NCBI RefSeq assembly: GCF_041248615.1
Contig: NZ_CP158426.1
Reading direction: 5' to 3' (one strand)
Length of the DNA stretch: 64,000 nt
DNA from: Escherichia coli
GTDB taxonomy: Bacteria > Pseudomonadota > Gammaproteobacteria > Enterobacterales > Enterobacteriaceae
A program made the translations under genes and the position numbers. This document shows, piece by piece, positions 22,055 through 33,295 of this stretch. Numbering within the stretch: the stretch's first letter is position 1; each line of letters starts with the position of its first letter. The notes beneath the pieces are model-generated. The model had not been told where the DNA came from. It did not search any database and worked only from the letters and a program-made list of their open reading frames with translations.

Positions 22055-22573
22055 TTAATCGTCGCCTTTCAGTTTTTTGCGCTCGACATAAAGTTCCGCA
22101 GCTTCACGGACAAATGCAGCACAAATTTTGGCCTGATAACGCCGTTCAAGATCGTCAGCAATGGCAATAAGTTCTTGCTTAGTCGAACGATAAGGGCGTA
22201 ACGCATTGTAGATTTCGAGGATGCGATCATCCGGTACTGAGGTAAGCTCAGCGGCGCGTTCAAAATTCATCGCCAGGCGATCGCGACCAGCATCTCTGGC
22301 AATCGCGGCCTGAATACGCAATGTTTCAGGGGTTATACGCATATCCTGGGCGGTGACGTTATCGCTGAGTACATTTTCCAGAGTGAAATCGTCGAGCGTT
22401 TTATTGGTCGCCGTTTTAACCCATTCCGGATGTTTATTTGCCAGCGGATAATCCGTCACTTTGGCGCTCTGTATTGACGCGTTGGGTGCCGCAGAAACAG
22501 GAGCTGCATCCTGTAAACTGTTCATGCGATTCAACACGTCCCTGACCATCGACTCAATTGCATCGGTATTCAT
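22055..22573 (-). CDS. pduE: propanediol dehydratase small (gamma) subunit PduE
   Basis: 172-aa ORF in conserved order after pduD. Confidence 0.88.
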   Translation of the reverse strand: MNTDAIESMVRDVLNRMNSLQDAAPVSAAPNASIQSAKVTDYPLANKHPEWVKTATNKTLDDFTLENVLSDNVTAQDMRITPETLRIQAAIARDAGRDRLAMNFERAAELTSVPDDRILEIYNALRPYRSTKQELIAIADDLERRYQAKICAAFVREAAELYVERKKLKGDD

Positions 22574-22587
22574 GAAGGTTTCCTTTG

Positions 22588-23256
22588 TTAAAACGTCACG
22601 CGCAGTTCTTGCGGTTTTTTGCCAGTGACCACGTACTTCGTCTCTTTAATATGCAAAATGGCAGATTTGGCCTGGTATTTCGGCCGCGCCATTTGATCGT
22701 TGAGGGTCGGCACCGGTTGTGGAGACTCACGCTTTGCATAACGCGCGGCGTTTTTGCCAATCTGACGATAAGTTTCCAGCGTCAACAAAGGCGCTTGTGG
22801 GAATAGTTCCAGGTTAGACAAGGGAGGAAGACCTTGCTGGTGGATAACCGTTGTGCCTTTCGACTGAATACCGATAGCAATACCTGAACCACTAAGACGA
22901 TCGCCTTCGACTGCTACGAATGCGACATCGGACGATTTAAAGCAGCGAATCACACGGGCTTTAATGCCTTCTTCTTCGATACCAGCAATCACTTCGCGCA
23001 AGATGTTTTTATGCGGAATACCGATGATATTGACGGTTTGCGCCAGGCCGAACGCCGGGCCTACAGCAATAATGACTTCATCTTGCTGAGTGCCTTGTTG
23101 GGCTTCGCCAATTTCGGCCAGAAAAGTTCCGGTATCTGGCGCGGAAGAGACAGTTGCACAGGCAGGTGCGCGAAATGAAACGGGCTTGTCGCTGGTTTGC
23201 ATTTCTGCCAGCACGTCTTCGATAATCTGACGCAGTAATTTTTCGTTAATTTCCAT
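22588..23256 (-). CDS. pduD: propanediol dehydratase medium (beta) subunit PduD
   Basis: 222-aa ORF in conserved order after pduC. Confidence 0.88.
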   Translation of the reverse strand: MEINEKLLRQIIEDVLAEMQTSDKPVSFRAPACATVSSAPDTGTFLAEIGEAQQGTQQDEVIIAVGPAFGLAQTVNIIGIPHKNILREVIAGIEEEGIKARVIRCFKSSDVAFVAVEGDRLSGSGIAIGIQSKGTTVIHQQGLPPLSNLELFPQAPLLTLETYRQIGKNAARYAKRESPQPVPTLNDQMARPKYQAKSAILHIKETKYVVTGKKPQELRVTF

Positions 23257-23265
23257 TTCTCACCC

Positions 23266-24930
23266 TTAGTCAATTTCGTTGGGATCAAGTGCACCGGGAA
23301 TATTTTTGATCTCTTCCCAGCGTTCCCCTTGCAGGCGGTAACCTGTAGCCGGTCCGGCGTAATCATTGACGTCATTGACCGCAGAGAGCACTTGTCCGTC
23401 ATCGACGATGATGGCTGAGGTATGGAGATAATCGCCGGTCAGTTTTGCTTTTTGCATGTTGAGCATGTCTTGGGCGACATCGGTAAAACCGCCTTGCGCC
23501 AGGGCTTTCACCACTTCCAGGCTGTTCCGGTTTTTATTGATAATCTCCTGGGCGAACTTGATGTCTTCCACAATATTGCGCTCAGGCATATCTTTTGAAC
23601 CGTGGGCATAGGTTGCCGCTTCGACTTCTTCATCGGTAATAGGCGGTAGTCCCATACCGGCAAAGACAGCCTGTAAAGCGCGAGCGGCTTTATTGCGGAT
23701 AGCGATAACATCTTCTTCGCGTACTGGTCGCAGGCCGCCATCAACCTTCAGGTCACGCTGAATGACGTTGTAATCATCGAAGTCTTCAGCATCTTCGTTT
23801 GAACCAGCAAACATGTTGTCGTAGTTCGGCACAGCGGAAAAACCGGAAGAGATAAAGTCGGTACCTGGCAGAAACTGCATCAGGAAACGTGCGGTACGGC
23901 GCATATCCGAGTGGGTAAAGGTCTGGTCATTACTGGAGGCGCATTCCAGATCCAGCGATGAGCAAATTAAGTTTTCCGCTAATACTGCGCGGATGCCTGA
24001 TGGCACAGCCGATGGAACACCGATGCAGCTTACCGAACCATTCTGTAGACCCTGAACTCCTGCGGCTTTGGTGATGTAAATGCAACGAGCCTCGAGATAA
24101 AGCATTGATTTGCCTTCCGCGTAACCCATCTGTACTTCAGAGCCGGAGCCGGAAGTAAAGCGCATTTTTAAGCCGCGAGACGCATAGGATGACGCGAGAA
24201 ATCCTTTTGACCACGGGGTGTCATCGCCATCGGTGAAAACAGGTTCTGTACCATAGACAGAAATTGTTTCGGCGTAACAGGTGTGGCCTAACATACCGAG
24301 TTTCAGTTCGGTGGCTTCTTCCAGTGAACACTGGGTCAAGACGCCCGGACGTCCCACCTGTGAGCCGACCAGCAGGGCGATGGCGTTGAACGGGGCATAG
24401 CGAGCAACGGCAACGGTGGTTTCCTGTTCATCAAACCCGCGCCATGCGCCTTCAGCTGCGTCGGCGGCAATTTGTACCGGGTTATCTTTGACGTTGGTGA
24501 CGTGAGCCTGTTGTGATGGTGTTCGACGGGCGCGCATTTTCTGCATCGCCATCATCATCTCTACCACGTTCATCTGCGAAACAACTTCGACGATTTTTGC
24601 AGGCGTCATTGCTGTGGTAAGGGGAACGATATCGCTACGTTTGACATTTGGATCGCACAACATATTGGCAAGTTTTACCGAATCCATCGCGATGACTTCT
24701 TCTGCACGCGCGAGATTGATGCCGTAGCGGGCGATAAAGTGGTCGATCAGGTCAAACTGGCTGGCGGGTTTTCCATCCAGTTCGGTAACGACGCCGTTAA
24801 CAATTTTGATTGACGGTTTAGGATCGTTCGGGCTTTCCATCGCAATGAAGCCTTCTTCAATCCACTCTTTAACGAAACCGTCCTGGTTGACCGGGCGTTT
24901 TGCCAGTGCTTCAAATCTTTTCGATCTCAT
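23266..24930 (-). CDS. pduC: coenzyme B12-dependent propanediol dehydratase large (alpha) subunit PduC
   Basis: 554-aa ORF MRSKRFEALAKRPVNQDGFVKEWIEEGFIAMESPNDPKPSIK... Confidence 0.92.
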   Translation of the reverse strand: MRSKRFEALAKRPVNQDGFVKEWIEEGFIAMESPNDPKPSIKIVNGVVTELDGKPASQFDLIDHFIARYGINLARAEEVIAMDSVKLANMLCDPNVKRSDIVPLTTAMTPAKIVEVVSQMNVVEMMMAMQKMRARRTPSQQAHVTNVKDNPVQIAADAAEGAWRGFDEQETTVAVARYAPFNAIALLVGSQVGRPGVLTQCSLEEATELKLGMLGHTCYAETISVYGTEPVFTDGDDTPWSKGFLASSYASRGLKMRFTSGSGSEVQMGYAEGKSMLYLEARCIYITKAAGVQGLQNGSVSCIGVPSAVPSGIRAVLAENLICSSLDLECASSNDQTFTHSDMRRTARFLMQFLPGTDFISSGFSAVPNYDNMFAGSNEDAEDFDDYNVIQRDLKVDGGLRPVREEDVIAIRNKAARALQAVFAGMGLPPITDEEVEAATYAHGSKDMPERNIVEDIKFAQEIINKNRNSLEVVKALAQGGFTDVAQDMLNMQKAKLTGDYLHTSAIIVDDGQVLSAVNDVNDYAGPATGYRLQGERWEEIKNIPGALDPNEID

Positions 24931-24948
24931 AAATCTGCCTCAGAGAAT

Positions 24949-25761
24949 TCAGATGTAGGAAGGGCGATCGTTTTTCGGTGTATCGCCGAGAGTCGAAAGC
25001 ACGGTTTTACCGATTTCGCGTGCGGAGATGACCGCCTGGCGGACTGCGCCGGAGTCACCCGAGATAATCAGAATGACTTCATTGCTGTAGCTGGTGCCTT
25101 GAGCGGGGGAGCTGTATGCCACAACATCCACATTGGCGGACTTCAGCGCGGTGTCTGCCATCAGAACACCCACAGCAGCCGGAGCGCCGACAATAACGCC
25201 GCAAGCCCGTCCCAATGGTGCACCAAACGCTTTTTCCAGTGCATAGCTGGCGCGGGCGGTATATTGCAGCTCAAGATGTCCGGCTTCGTTGGCATAGACA
25301 TCGCCAAAGGTTCGATCGAGTTCTTTCAGGGCAACTTCAATACCGCGTTTCACGTCGGAAACATCGTTGCCACCTAAGAGGATCAATGAGCCGTGTCCGG
25401 CACCGCCTTTAGTATCGCGAGGAAGTTCAATGCTAATAACTTCAGTGTTGGTGGCTTTTACCGCTTCATCAGCGGCCATAATGTGTGGACCTGCGCCAAT
25501 ACGCGCACCCAGAATGCCAATGGAACGATAGCGTTTTTCAAGTTTCATTGCGTCCAACAGGGCGCTATCAACGTTCGCAATGACCAGACCTACAGTGTCG
25601 CCAATAGCGGTGCCAACAAATTCTGTTAATGTGCAGCTTTTTTCTGCCATAGCCGTCTCTCGTATTTGATGAGTGGTTTTCGGGAGAACCTCATGCTCTG
25701 GCGTCGCTACGCGAGCGATGACCTGCGCCATGATCTGTTCGACCAGTTCATTGCTGCTCAT
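24949..25761 (-). CDS. pduB: BMC shell protein PduB (tandem BMC; internal start at Met38 would give PduB')
   Basis: 270-aa ORF; second in-frame Met 37 codons in matches the known PduB/PduB' arrangement. Confidence 0.9.
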   Translation of the reverse strand: MSSNELVEQIMAQVIARVATPEHEVLPKTTHQIRETAMAEKSCTLTEFVGTAIGDTVGLVIANVDSALLDAMKLEKRYRSIGILGARIGAGPHIMAADEAVKATNTEVISIELPRDTKGGAGHGSLILLGGNDVSDVKRGIEVALKELDRTFGDVYANEAGHLELQYTARASYALEKAFGAPLGRACGVIVGAPAAVGVLMADTALKSANVDVVAYSSPAQGTSYSNEVILIISGDSGAVRQAVISAREIGKTVLSTLGDTPKNDRPSYI

Positions 25762-26042
25762 GGGTTAATTCCCTTTGGTAAGATTTTTTCGACATCGGTA
25801 TGTGGGCGGGGAATAACATGTACGGCTTTTACTTCGCCGACGTTACGCGCAGCTGCGGCACCTGCGTCTGTTGCCGCTTTTACCGCCCCGACATCACCAC
25901 GAACGATGACGGTCACCAGCCCGGAACCTATTTTTTCGTAGCCGACCAGCAAAACATTTGCCGACTTCACCATGGCGTCTGCGGCCTCTATGGCGGCAGT
26001 TAAGCCTTTGGTTTCTACCATTCCTAACGCTTCTTGTTGCAT
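25758..26042 (-). CDS. pduA: BMC shell protein PduA
   Basis: 94-aa canonical [34 protein letters not shown]...; first gene of operon. Confidence 0.92.
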   Translation of the reverse strand: MQQEALGMVETKGLTAAIEAADAMVKSANVLLVGYEKIGSGLVTVIVRGDVGAVKAATDAGAAAARNVGEVKAVHVIPRPHTDVEKILPKGINP

Positions 26043-26553
26043 AAAGACCTCGCCTGGATTTTTTTGACGATATGACTATAAAAAAAAGCGAGGAAAAAGA
26101 ATGGCTGACTTAATCGGCTAATGAGAAAAATTAATAGAGAACAAATATTATAAAATTGCTTTTATGAACTATATGTTGTTAATTTATTAGTTGTTTTGTG
26201 GATATTTCAATGTGAATTAATTGCGTTGGCTAGTGAGTTTAATCGCGAGTAATATTTCGTTGAGTTTAGTTCGAGGAAGGAACTGTGATATTTGTTTCAA
26301 TTTTATTATATCATGATGGCAATTTTTTATTGTGAAAGTTTGACAGTAATTATTACTTTCAACACTGATTAACGCTGTGTTGCATGATTCGGCAATGACA
26401 ATAATTTGTTATGTTAGCACGATTTTTACACGAGTCTGTCATGCATGTTGGCAATATTTTCTGCAGAGCAATTTTTTATAGTTGCGCTCGGTATACACAA
26501 CAATCAGCGCATAGTTGGCTGATAAAGAAAAACTCCGTAAAGAAGGTGTCACT
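26043..26553. promoter_or_regulatory. divergent pdu / pduF-pocR control region
   Basis: 510-bp AT-rich non-coding interval between divergently oriented pduA and pduF; in Salmonella this interval carries PocR-, CRP- and IHF-dependent promoters. Confidence 0.6.
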
Positions 26554-27363
26554 ATGAATGATTCACTCAAGGCGCAATGCGTTGCCGAGTTTTTAGGCAC
26601 CGGACTGTTCCTCTTTTTTGGCATTGGTTGTTTGTGCGCCCTGAAAGTTGCCGGGGCAAGTCTGGGACTGTGGGAAATTTGTATCATTTGGGGGTTAGGG
26701 ATTTCGCTTGCTGTTTACCTTACGGCAGGTATTTCCGGCGCTCATCTCAACCCGGCAGTTACCATTGCTCTGTGGCTGTTTGCCTCTTTCCCAGCCCGTA
26801 AAGTGCTGCCATTTTGTGTGGCGCAATTAGCGGGTGCTTTTGGTGGTGCGATTCTGGCATATTCTCTCTACAGCAGTTTATTTACCGATTTTGAATCTGC
26901 TCACAATATGGTGCGTGGTAGCGCAGAAAGTTTACAACTCGCCAGTATCTTCAGTACTTATCCGGCAGCGGCGATTAATGTATGGCAAGCTGCGTTGGTC
27001 GAAGTGGTCATAACGTCCATGTTAATGGGGTTGATTATGGCGTTGACCGATGACGGTAATGGCGTACCCAAAGGACCACTTGCGCCTTTACTTATTGGTA
27101 TTCTGGTTGCTGTTATTGGTGCTTCTACCGGACCATTAACCGGTTTTGCCATGAATCCAGCGCGTGATTTTGGACCTAAGATTTTCACCTGGCTTGCGGG
27201 GTGGGGAGAAATTGCGATGACTGGTGGACGCAATATTCCTTATTTCATTGTACCCATTATTGCACCGATCATTGGGGCATGTGTTGGTGCGGCGATTTAT
27301 CGCTATCTCATTGCAAAGAATTTACCTGTCAATAGTGTAGCGCCTAAAGAAATTAGCGAATAA
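26554..27363 (+). CDS. pduF: propanediol diffusion facilitator (MIP/aquaglyceroporin family)
   Basis: Two NPA motifs (HLNPAVT, AMNPARD); start placed at MNDSLKAQ (ORF track extends 13 codons upstream); start uncertain. Confidence 0.85.
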   Translation: MNDSLKAQCVAEFLGTGLFLFFGIGCLCALKVAGASLGLWEICIIWGLGISLAVYLTAGISGAHLNPAVTIALWLFASFPARKVLPFCVAQLAGAFGGAILAYSLYSSLFTDFESAHNMVRGSAESLQLASIFSTYPAAAINVWQAALVEVVITSMLMGLIMALTDDGNGVPKGPLAPLLIGILVAVIGASTGPLTGFAMNPARDFGPKIFTWLAGWGEIAMTGGRNIPYFIVPIIAPIIGACVGAAIYRYLIAKNLPVNSVAPKEISE

Positions 27364-27565
27364 CGAAATAATCTGGCAGTTATAAACGTTTATTTTTTTA
27401 CTGTTTGTGATCTGCTTTCCGAACTTATTAAAAAGTCTCCCGCTTCATGGAGGCTTTTGTTATTGTCCTTTGTGCTTCTCGTCAGTAAATCATCAGGGAT
27501 GATGTGAAGATTAAATGTAAAACAATTGTTTTGCTATAACAATAAATTAACTGGGAGGTTTTATC

Positions 27566-28480
27566 ATGATTTCTGCGGCGACACTTAATTCAGAACTCAT
27601 TAATAAAATCGCGCAGGATTTTGCGCAGGCGACCAGCCTTGCGGTTGTCGTGGTCAATATTCACGGCGATGAAATTTCCGAGCTGTTTAACTTCACTCCA
27701 TTTTGTCAGATGATGCGGCAACACCCTCAGCTAAGCACTCGATGTCGCATGAGCGATCGTTGTGGGGGCCTGGAAGCCTCTAAATCCGATCAGCCTTGTA
27801 TTTATCGCTGTCATGCCGGATTAACCGATTTCTCTATTCCACTGGTAATCGCCGGGCATTTAGTCGGTTTTGTATTGTGCGGGCAAGTTCGTCTGCGTAA
27901 TGATGATGTCGATTTGGTCGATATTCTGAATGTCGATGATTGCTGGCAGGCAGATCCCGAATTACTTAATGAATTCCGCAAAGTTCCTGAGATGGATTAC
28001 TCAAGAGTTATGGCCTCTGCTGATTTGTTGAAGTTGATTGTGGAAAATTGCCTCAAAAAACAACTCAATTTTGTGGTTATTAAAGAGAACAAATTTCAGT
28101 CAGATTCGGTGCGCCAGACTCGTGCGCCTAATCCCCACGACAATAAAATGAAAAAAGCTTTACGCTATATTGATGCGCATTTATCAGACGATTTGCGTCT
28201 GGAAGATGTCGCCTCGCACGTTTATCTAAGTCCTTATTATTTCAGTAAGTTATTCAAGAAATACCATGGAATCGGTTTTAATGCGTGGGTAAACCAACAA
28301 CGGATGGCCAGCGCTCGTGAGTTACTGTGCCATAGTGACTGGAGCATCGCCAGTATTGCGCGTAATTTAGGTTTTTCGCAAACCAGTTATTTTTGCAAAG
28401 TTTTCCGTCAGACTTATCAGGTTACGCCGCAGGTGTATCGACAGCAAGTGAGTGAAAATGCGGTGATGGAAACGGTATAG
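27566..28480 (+). CDS. pocR: AraC-family regulator of pdu/cob expression PocR
   Basis: 304-aa ORF, C-terminal AraC-type HTH (YLSPYYFSKLFKKYHGIGFNAWVNQQRM...), position next to pduF. Confidence 0.88.
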   Translation: MISAATLNSELINKIAQDFAQATSLAVVVVNIHGDEISELFNFTPFCQMMRQHPQLSTRCRMSDRCGGLEASKSDQPCIYRCHAGLTDFSIPLVIAGHLVGFVLCGQVRLRNDDVDLVDILNVDDCWQADPELLNEFRKVPEMDYSRVMASADLLKLIVENCLKKQLNFVVIKENKFQSDSVRQTRAPNPHDNKMKKALRYIDAHLSDDLRLEDVASHVYLSPYYFSKLFKKYHGIGFNAWVNQQRMASARELLCHSDWSIASIARNLGFSQTSYFCKVFRQTYQVTPQVYRQQVSENAVMETV

Positions 28481-28584
28481 AGTAAATGCCCCAAAAAAAG
28501 AGGACGGTTTAAATAAACTCTGCAATGAATAATTAACGTTATTTACCTGTTATGGGAAAAGTGAAATCAGCTCATAACATACGC

Positions 28585-28735
28585 TGACAGGTGTGGCACA
28601 TTTGTGCCTGGGAAGAGGGTGAAAATCCCTCGCAGCCCCCGCTGCTGTAATGCTGACAAACCCGAAAATGCCACTGATCGCGAGATTGGGAAGGTCGGGA
28701 GAGGATGACGCTAAGCCAGAAGACCAGCCAGTCAG
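28585..28735 (+). promoter_or_regulatory. cobalamin (adenosylcobalamin) riboswitch
   Basis: Conserved core gggaagagggtgaaaatccctcgcagcccccgctgctgtaa and B12-box-like gccactg...gggaaggtcgg...agccagaagaccagcc; same position as the Salmonella cob operon leader. Confidence 0.75.
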
Positions 28736-28964
28736 TCAATACCAACAACTTCGGTGGGAAGTGGGTTGCCCGGAAGCGTCCGGTAGAGTACCGGCGCGTC
28801 TTTATACCCCTACCACCCTGAAAGGATCAGGGTATGGCGGCATCATTTAGTTCTTTCATCGCAGTGCCGACAGGCACCAGGGCTGCACTTAAGGTGTGGC
28901 AATCTTGTTTCATGGCTCATCAACCAGACCGCCATTACAGGAAACTAAGTGGAGGGCGAGAGGC

Positions 28965-29402
28965 ATGAAAACGATAAAACCCGAATCGATAGCTCTTTTT
29001 TGCCTCTTATCTGGAGATGTGGATCTGGCGAAACATTTGGCTGAAATATTGCCAATAACTTGTTTTGTTGGTGAGGACTGGCAGCAAGATTTCCAGCCTC
29101 TTGACGGTGGGCCTGTGCAATCGTTATCAGATGTGTATGGCGATTATTCAGTGCTGCTATTGATAGCAGCTGAAAGCGAGATATCCGTACCAGAATGGCT
29201 CGCTCATTCTGAAGGAACGACGGTAATTGTGATTGCAGAACACAATACCCGTTTGCTGACTGGTCCGGCTGGTGGGGCTGTAGCATTGATCCATTATCTG
29301 AATGAAATCTGTCATTCCAGAGAAACCGCTGTCAATGACGCATTTTGTCGTACGTTAACACGAGGAAGTCTGGCTATTCCGCAATGCCATCTTCTTTCGT
29401 AA
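28965..29402 (+). CDS. hypothetical protein (146 aa) between B12 riboswitch and cobU
   Basis: ORF with SD-like gagagg 3 nt before ATG at 28965 (ORF track starts at 28896); no family recognised by eye. Confidence 0.45.
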   Translation: MKTIKPESIALFCLLSGDVDLAKHLAEILPITCFVGEDWQQDFQPLDGGPVQSLSDVYGDYSVLLLIAAESEISVPEWLAHSEGTTVIVIAEHNTRLLTGPAGGAVALIHYLNEICHSRETAVNDAFCRTLTRGSLAIPQCHLLS

Positions 29403-29535
29403 TGGATTGAGAATGCTGGATTTTTAATTATATTACGCGCAGTATTAATCGCGTAAATGTTTTGCGGTCAGCAACGGTGGGGGATCCATTGTTCTGTTCA
29501 ATGAATACCATCATACAATTGAATCAGGAGTCGGT

Positions 29536-30081
29536 ATGATGATTTTGGTGACAGGTGGAGCACGGAGCGGGAAGAGTCGCCACGCAGAGGCGCTTATTGG
29601 GGACTCTTCACAGGTTCTGTATATCGCCACCTCGCAAATCCTTGATGATGAGATGGCTGCACGGATAGAACATCATCGGCAAGGCCGCCCGGCGCACTGG
29701 CGCACGGTGGAGCGCTGGCAACATCTTGATGAATTAATTCATGCAGACATTAACCCGCATGAAGCTGTGTTGCTGGAATGCGTTACAACAATGGTGACTA
29801 ATCTGTTGTTTGATTATGGCGGCGATAAAGACCCTGATGAATGGGATTATCAGGCGATGGAACAGGCGATTAATGCTGAGATTCAGTCGTTGATTGCTGC
29901 CTGCCAACGTTGCCCCGCGAAGATTGTATTAGTGACTAACGAAGTGGGAATGGGGATTGTGCCGGAGAGTCGTCTGGCACGACATTTTCGTGATATTGCC
30001 GGGCGGGTAAATCAGCAGCTGGCCGCTGCGGCAAATGAAGTGTGGCTGGTGGTTTCGGGTATTGGAGTAAAAATCAAATGA
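29536..30081 (+). CDS. cobU: adenosylcobinamide kinase / adenosylcobinamide-phosphate guanylyltransferase
   Basis: 181-aa ORF with P-loop [10 protein letters not shown]. Confidence 0.92.
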   Translation: MMILVTGGARSGKSRHAEALIGDSSQVLYIATSQILDDEMAARIEHHRQGRPAHWRTVERWQHLDELIHADINPHEAVLLECVTTMVTNLLFDYGGDKDPDEWDYQAMEQAINAEIQSLIAACQRCPAKIVLVTNEVGMGIVPESRLARHFRDIAGRVNQQLAAAANEVWLVVSGIGVKIK

Positions 30082-30821
30082 GTAAATTATTTTGGGCGAT
30101 GCTCTCTTTTATTACGCGTCTGCCTGTGCCGCGTCGCTGGTCCCAGGGACTGGATTTCGAGCATTATTCTCGCGGTATTATTACTTTTCCTTTAATTGGT
30201 TTATTGCTTGGCGCGATTAGCGGGCTGGTCTTCATGGCGTTGCAGGCATGGTTTGGCGTACCACTGGCGGCACTGTTTAGCGTGCTGGTGCTGGCGCTGA
30301 TGACCGGGGGATTCCACCTGGACGGCCTCGCCGATACCTGTGATGGCGTATTTTCTGCACGTAGCCGCGATCGCATGTTGGAAATCATGCGTGATAGCCG
30401 TTTAGGCACCCACGGCGGTCTGGCATTGATTTTTGTTGTACTGGCAAAGATTCTGGTGTTAAGCGAGCTGGCTTTGCGTGGCGAACCGATCCTTGCATCG
30501 CTGGCGGCAGCATGCGCGGTCAGCCGCGGGACTGCCGCATTATTGATGTATCGTCATCGTTATGCCCGGGAAGAAGGACTTGGCAATGTGTTCATTGGCA
30601 AAATTGATGGGCGACAAACCTGCGTCACACTCGGCTTAGCCGCTATTTTTGCTGCCGTATTATTGCCGGGTATGCATGGTGTGGCTGCTATGGTGGTGAC
30701 GATGGTGGCGATTTTCATCCTCGGTCAGCTTCTCAAACGTACGCTGGGCGGGCAAACCGGCGATACGCTGGGAGCAGCCATAGAGCTTGGTGAACTGGTC
30801 TTCCTGCTGGCACTGCTATAA
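30078..30821 (+). CDS. cobS: adenosylcobinamide-GDP ribazoletransferase (cobalamin synthase)
   Basis: 247 codons from [18 protein letters not shown]; polytopic membrane protein; overlaps cobU stop. Confidence 0.9.
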   Translation: MSKLFWAMLSFITRLPVPRRWSQGLDFEHYSRGIITFPLIGLLLGAISGLVFMALQAWFGVPLAALFSVLVLALMTGGFHLDGLADTCDGVFSARSRDRMLEIMRDSRLGTHGGLALIFVVLAKILVLSELALRGEPILASLAAACAVSRGTAALLMYRHRYAREEGLGNVFIGKIDGRQTCVTLGLAAIFAAVLLPGMHGVAAMVVTMVAIFILGQLLKRTLGGQTGDTLGAAIELGELVFLLALL

Positions 30822-30832
30822 AGAGACGTGAC

Positions 30833-31912
30833 ATGCAAATACTTGCCGATTTACTGAATACGATCCCAGCCATCGATCCTACCGCTATGTCGCGTGCACA
30901 ACGGCATATTGACGGGTTACTCAAACCTGTTGGTAGCCTGGGAAAGCTGGAGGCGCTTGCCATACAACTGGCGGGAATGCCGGGGTTGAATGGCATACCG
31001 CATGTGGGCAAAAAAGCGGTACTGGTTATGTGTGCCGATCACGGCGTCTGGGAGGAAGGGGTCGCTATTTCCCCAAAAGAAGTGACAGCCATTCAGGCTG
31101 AAAATATGACCCGCGGAACAACCGGCGTGTGTGTGCTGGCAGCACAAGCGGGCGCTAACGTCCACGTAATTGATGTTGGTATTGATACTGCTGAGCCTAT
31201 CCCCGGGCTTATCAACATGCGTGTCGCACGAGGTAGCGGCAATATTGCTTCAGCTCCGGCAATGAGTCGCCGTCAGGCTGAAAAGTTGCTTTTGGTCGTC
31301 ATATGTTATACGCGGGAGCTGGCAAAAAACGGTGTCACGCTGTTTGGTGTAGGTGAACTGGGGATGGCAAACACGACACCGGCAGCGGCAATAGTCAGCA
31401 CAATCACTGGCCGGGATCCTGAAGAAGTGGTTGGGATTGGCGCAAACCTGCCGACAGATAAACTGGCTAATAAAATTGATGTTGTGCGTCGGGCGATTAC
31501 GTTGAATCAACCAAATCCTCAGGATGGTGTTGATGTCCTGGCAAAAGTGGGTGGATTTGATTTGGTCGGAATAGCTGGAGTGATGTTAGGTGCTGCTTCC
31601 TGCGGTTTACCCGTGTTGCTGGATGGATTTCTTTCTTATGCTGCTGCGCTCGCAGCCTGCCAGATGTCTCCTGCAATCAAACCGTATCTCATTCCTTCTC
31701 ACTTGTCGGCAGAAAAAGGCGCGCGTATAGCGCTGTCGCATTTGGGGCTGGAGCCTTATCTCAATATGGATATGCGTTTAGGTGAGGGGAGTGGTGCAGC
31801 TCTGGCGATGCCCATCATCGAAGCTGCTTGTGCGATATACAACAACATGGGCGAACTTGCTGCCAGTAATATTGTTCTACCGGGGAATACGACTTCTGAT
31901 TTGAACAGTTAA
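30833..31912 (+). CDS. cobT: nicotinate-nucleotide:dimethylbenzimidazole phosphoribosyltransferase
   Basis: 359-aa [35 protein letters not shown]... Confidence 0.92.
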   Translation: MQILADLLNTIPAIDPTAMSRAQRHIDGLLKPVGSLGKLEALAIQLAGMPGLNGIPHVGKKAVLVMCADHGVWEEGVAISPKEVTAIQAENMTRGTTGVCVLAAQAGANVHVIDVGIDTAEPIPGLINMRVARGSGNIASAPAMSRRQAEKLLLVVICYTRELAKNGVTLFGVGELGMANTTPAAAIVSTITGRDPEEVVGIGANLPTDKLANKIDVVRRAITLNQPNPQDGVDVLAKVGGFDLVGIAGVMLGAASCGLPVLLDGFLSYAAALAACQMSPAIKPYLIPSHLSAEKGARIALSHLGLEPYLNMDMRLGEGSGAALAMPIIEAACAIYNNMGELAASNIVLPGNTTSDLNS

Positions 31913-31976
31913 AAACGAAAAGTCTGATAAAAGCTATACTTAACCGATAGCTTTCGCGACTTAGGAAAGGGACATG

Positions 31977-32909
31977 ATGCGTCGTGTAAATATTTTTTGC
32001 TCATTTGCTCTACTTTTTGCCAGCCATAATAGCCTGGCGGTAACTTATCCATTACCTCCAGAGGGTAGCCGTTTAGTGGGACAGTCGCTTACTGTAACTG
32101 TTCCTGATCACAATACCCAGCCGCTGGAGACTTTTGCCGCACAATACGGGCAAGGGTTAAGTAACATGCTGGAAGCGAATCCGGGCGCTGATATTTTCTT
32201 GCCGAAGTCAGGCTCGCAACTCACCATTCCGCAGCAACTGATTTTGCCCGCCACTATTCGTAAAGGGATTGTGGTTAACGTCGCTGAGATGCGTCTTTAT
32301 TACTACCCACCAGACAGTAATTCTGTGGAAGTCTTTCCTATTGGTATCGGCCAGGCTGGGCGAGAAACCCCGCGTAACTGGGTGACTACCGTTGAACGTA
32401 AACAAGAAGCACCAACCTGGACGCCAACGCCGAACACCCGGCGCGAATATGCGAAACGAGGGGAGAGTTTGCCCGCATTTGTTCCTGCGGGGCCTGATAA
32501 TCCCATGGGGCTGTATGCGATTTATATTGGCAGGCTATATGCCATCCACGGTACCAATGCCAATTTTGGTATTGGGCTCCGGGTAAGTCAGGGCTGTATT
32601 CGTCTGCGCAATGACGATATCAAATATCTGTTTGATAATGTTCCTGTAGGTACTCGTGTACAAATTATTGATCAGCCAGTGAAATACACAACGGAACCGG
32701 ATGGATCAAAGTGGCTGGAAGTTCATGAGCCGCTGTCGCGCAATCGTGCTGAATATGAGTCTGACCGAAAAGTGCCATTGCCGGTAACCCCATCTTTGCG
32801 GGCGTTTATCAACGGGCAAGAAGTTGATGTGAATCGCGCAAATGCTGCGTTGCAACGTCGATCGGGAATGCCTGTGCAAATTAGTTCTGGTTCAAGACAG
32901 ATGTTTTAA
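31977..32909 (+). CDS. ldtA: L,D-transpeptidase (ErfK/YbiS/YcfS/YnhG family)
   Basis: Signal peptide, LysM-like region and catalytic motif [20 protein letters not shown]; start at second Met. Confidence 0.88.
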   Translation: MRRVNIFCSFALLFASHNSLAVTYPLPPEGSRLVGQSLTVTVPDHNTQPLETFAAQYGQGLSNMLEANPGADIFLPKSGSQLTIPQQLILPATIRKGIVVNVAEMRLYYYPPDSNSVEVFPIGIGQAGRETPRNWVTTVERKQEAPTWTPTPNTRREYAKRGESLPAFVPAGPDNPMGLYAIYIGRLYAIHGTNANFGIGLRVSQGCIRLRNDDIKYLFDNVPVGTRVQIIDQPVKYTTEPDGSKWLEVHEPLSRNRAEYESDRKVPLPVTPSLRAFINGQEVDVNRANAALQRRSGMPVQISSGSRQMF

Positions 32910-32919
32910 GAGCGTTGGT

Positions 32920-32950
32920 AATTAGAAAGCAAAAAGCCTGCTTGAAAGCA
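32920..32950. terminator. bidirectional terminator between ldtA and asnV
   Basis: aaaaagcctgcttgaaagcaggcttttttg hairpin flanked by A/T runs. Confidence 0.6.
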
Positions 32951-32964
32951 GGCTTTTTTGAATT

Positions 32965-33040
32965 TGGCTCCTCTGACTGGACTCGAACCAGTGACATACG
33001 GATTAACAGTCCGCCGTTCTACCGACTGAACTACAGAGGA
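32965..33040 (-). tRNA. asnV: tRNA-Asn (GUU)
   Basis: 76-nt sequence on minus strand tcctctgtagttcagtcggtagaacggcggactgttaatccg...gagcca with anticodon loop cuGUUaa. Confidence 0.95.
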
Positions 33041-33295
33041 ATCGTGTGAACGGGGCGCATATTAATGGCAGTACATGGTGATGTCAAAGGGTGAAATGCA
33101 TTTTTTTGTTTGTTTGCTGTCAATTTCAACAAAGTGGTGAGCTTTCAATCTTATTGGGCAATGAACCATCGTGGTGCATACCCTCCTTTTATGGGGCAGG
33201 GGAACGCGACTGCTGATAAAAAGAACCTATGACGAATCTATCATAATCTCTTATTTGACAGTTGGTTAGCTTGTACATCAACGCCAAAATAAAAC

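Noticed and set aside
26439-26687. 82-codon minus-strand ORF across the pduF start
   Set aside because: Overlaps pduF 5' end and control region; no support.
28896-28964. Upstream extension of the orf146 reading frame (ORF track start at 28896)
   Set aside because: Would start on top of riboswitch-proximal leader without an RBS; the internal ATG at 28965 has a good SD.
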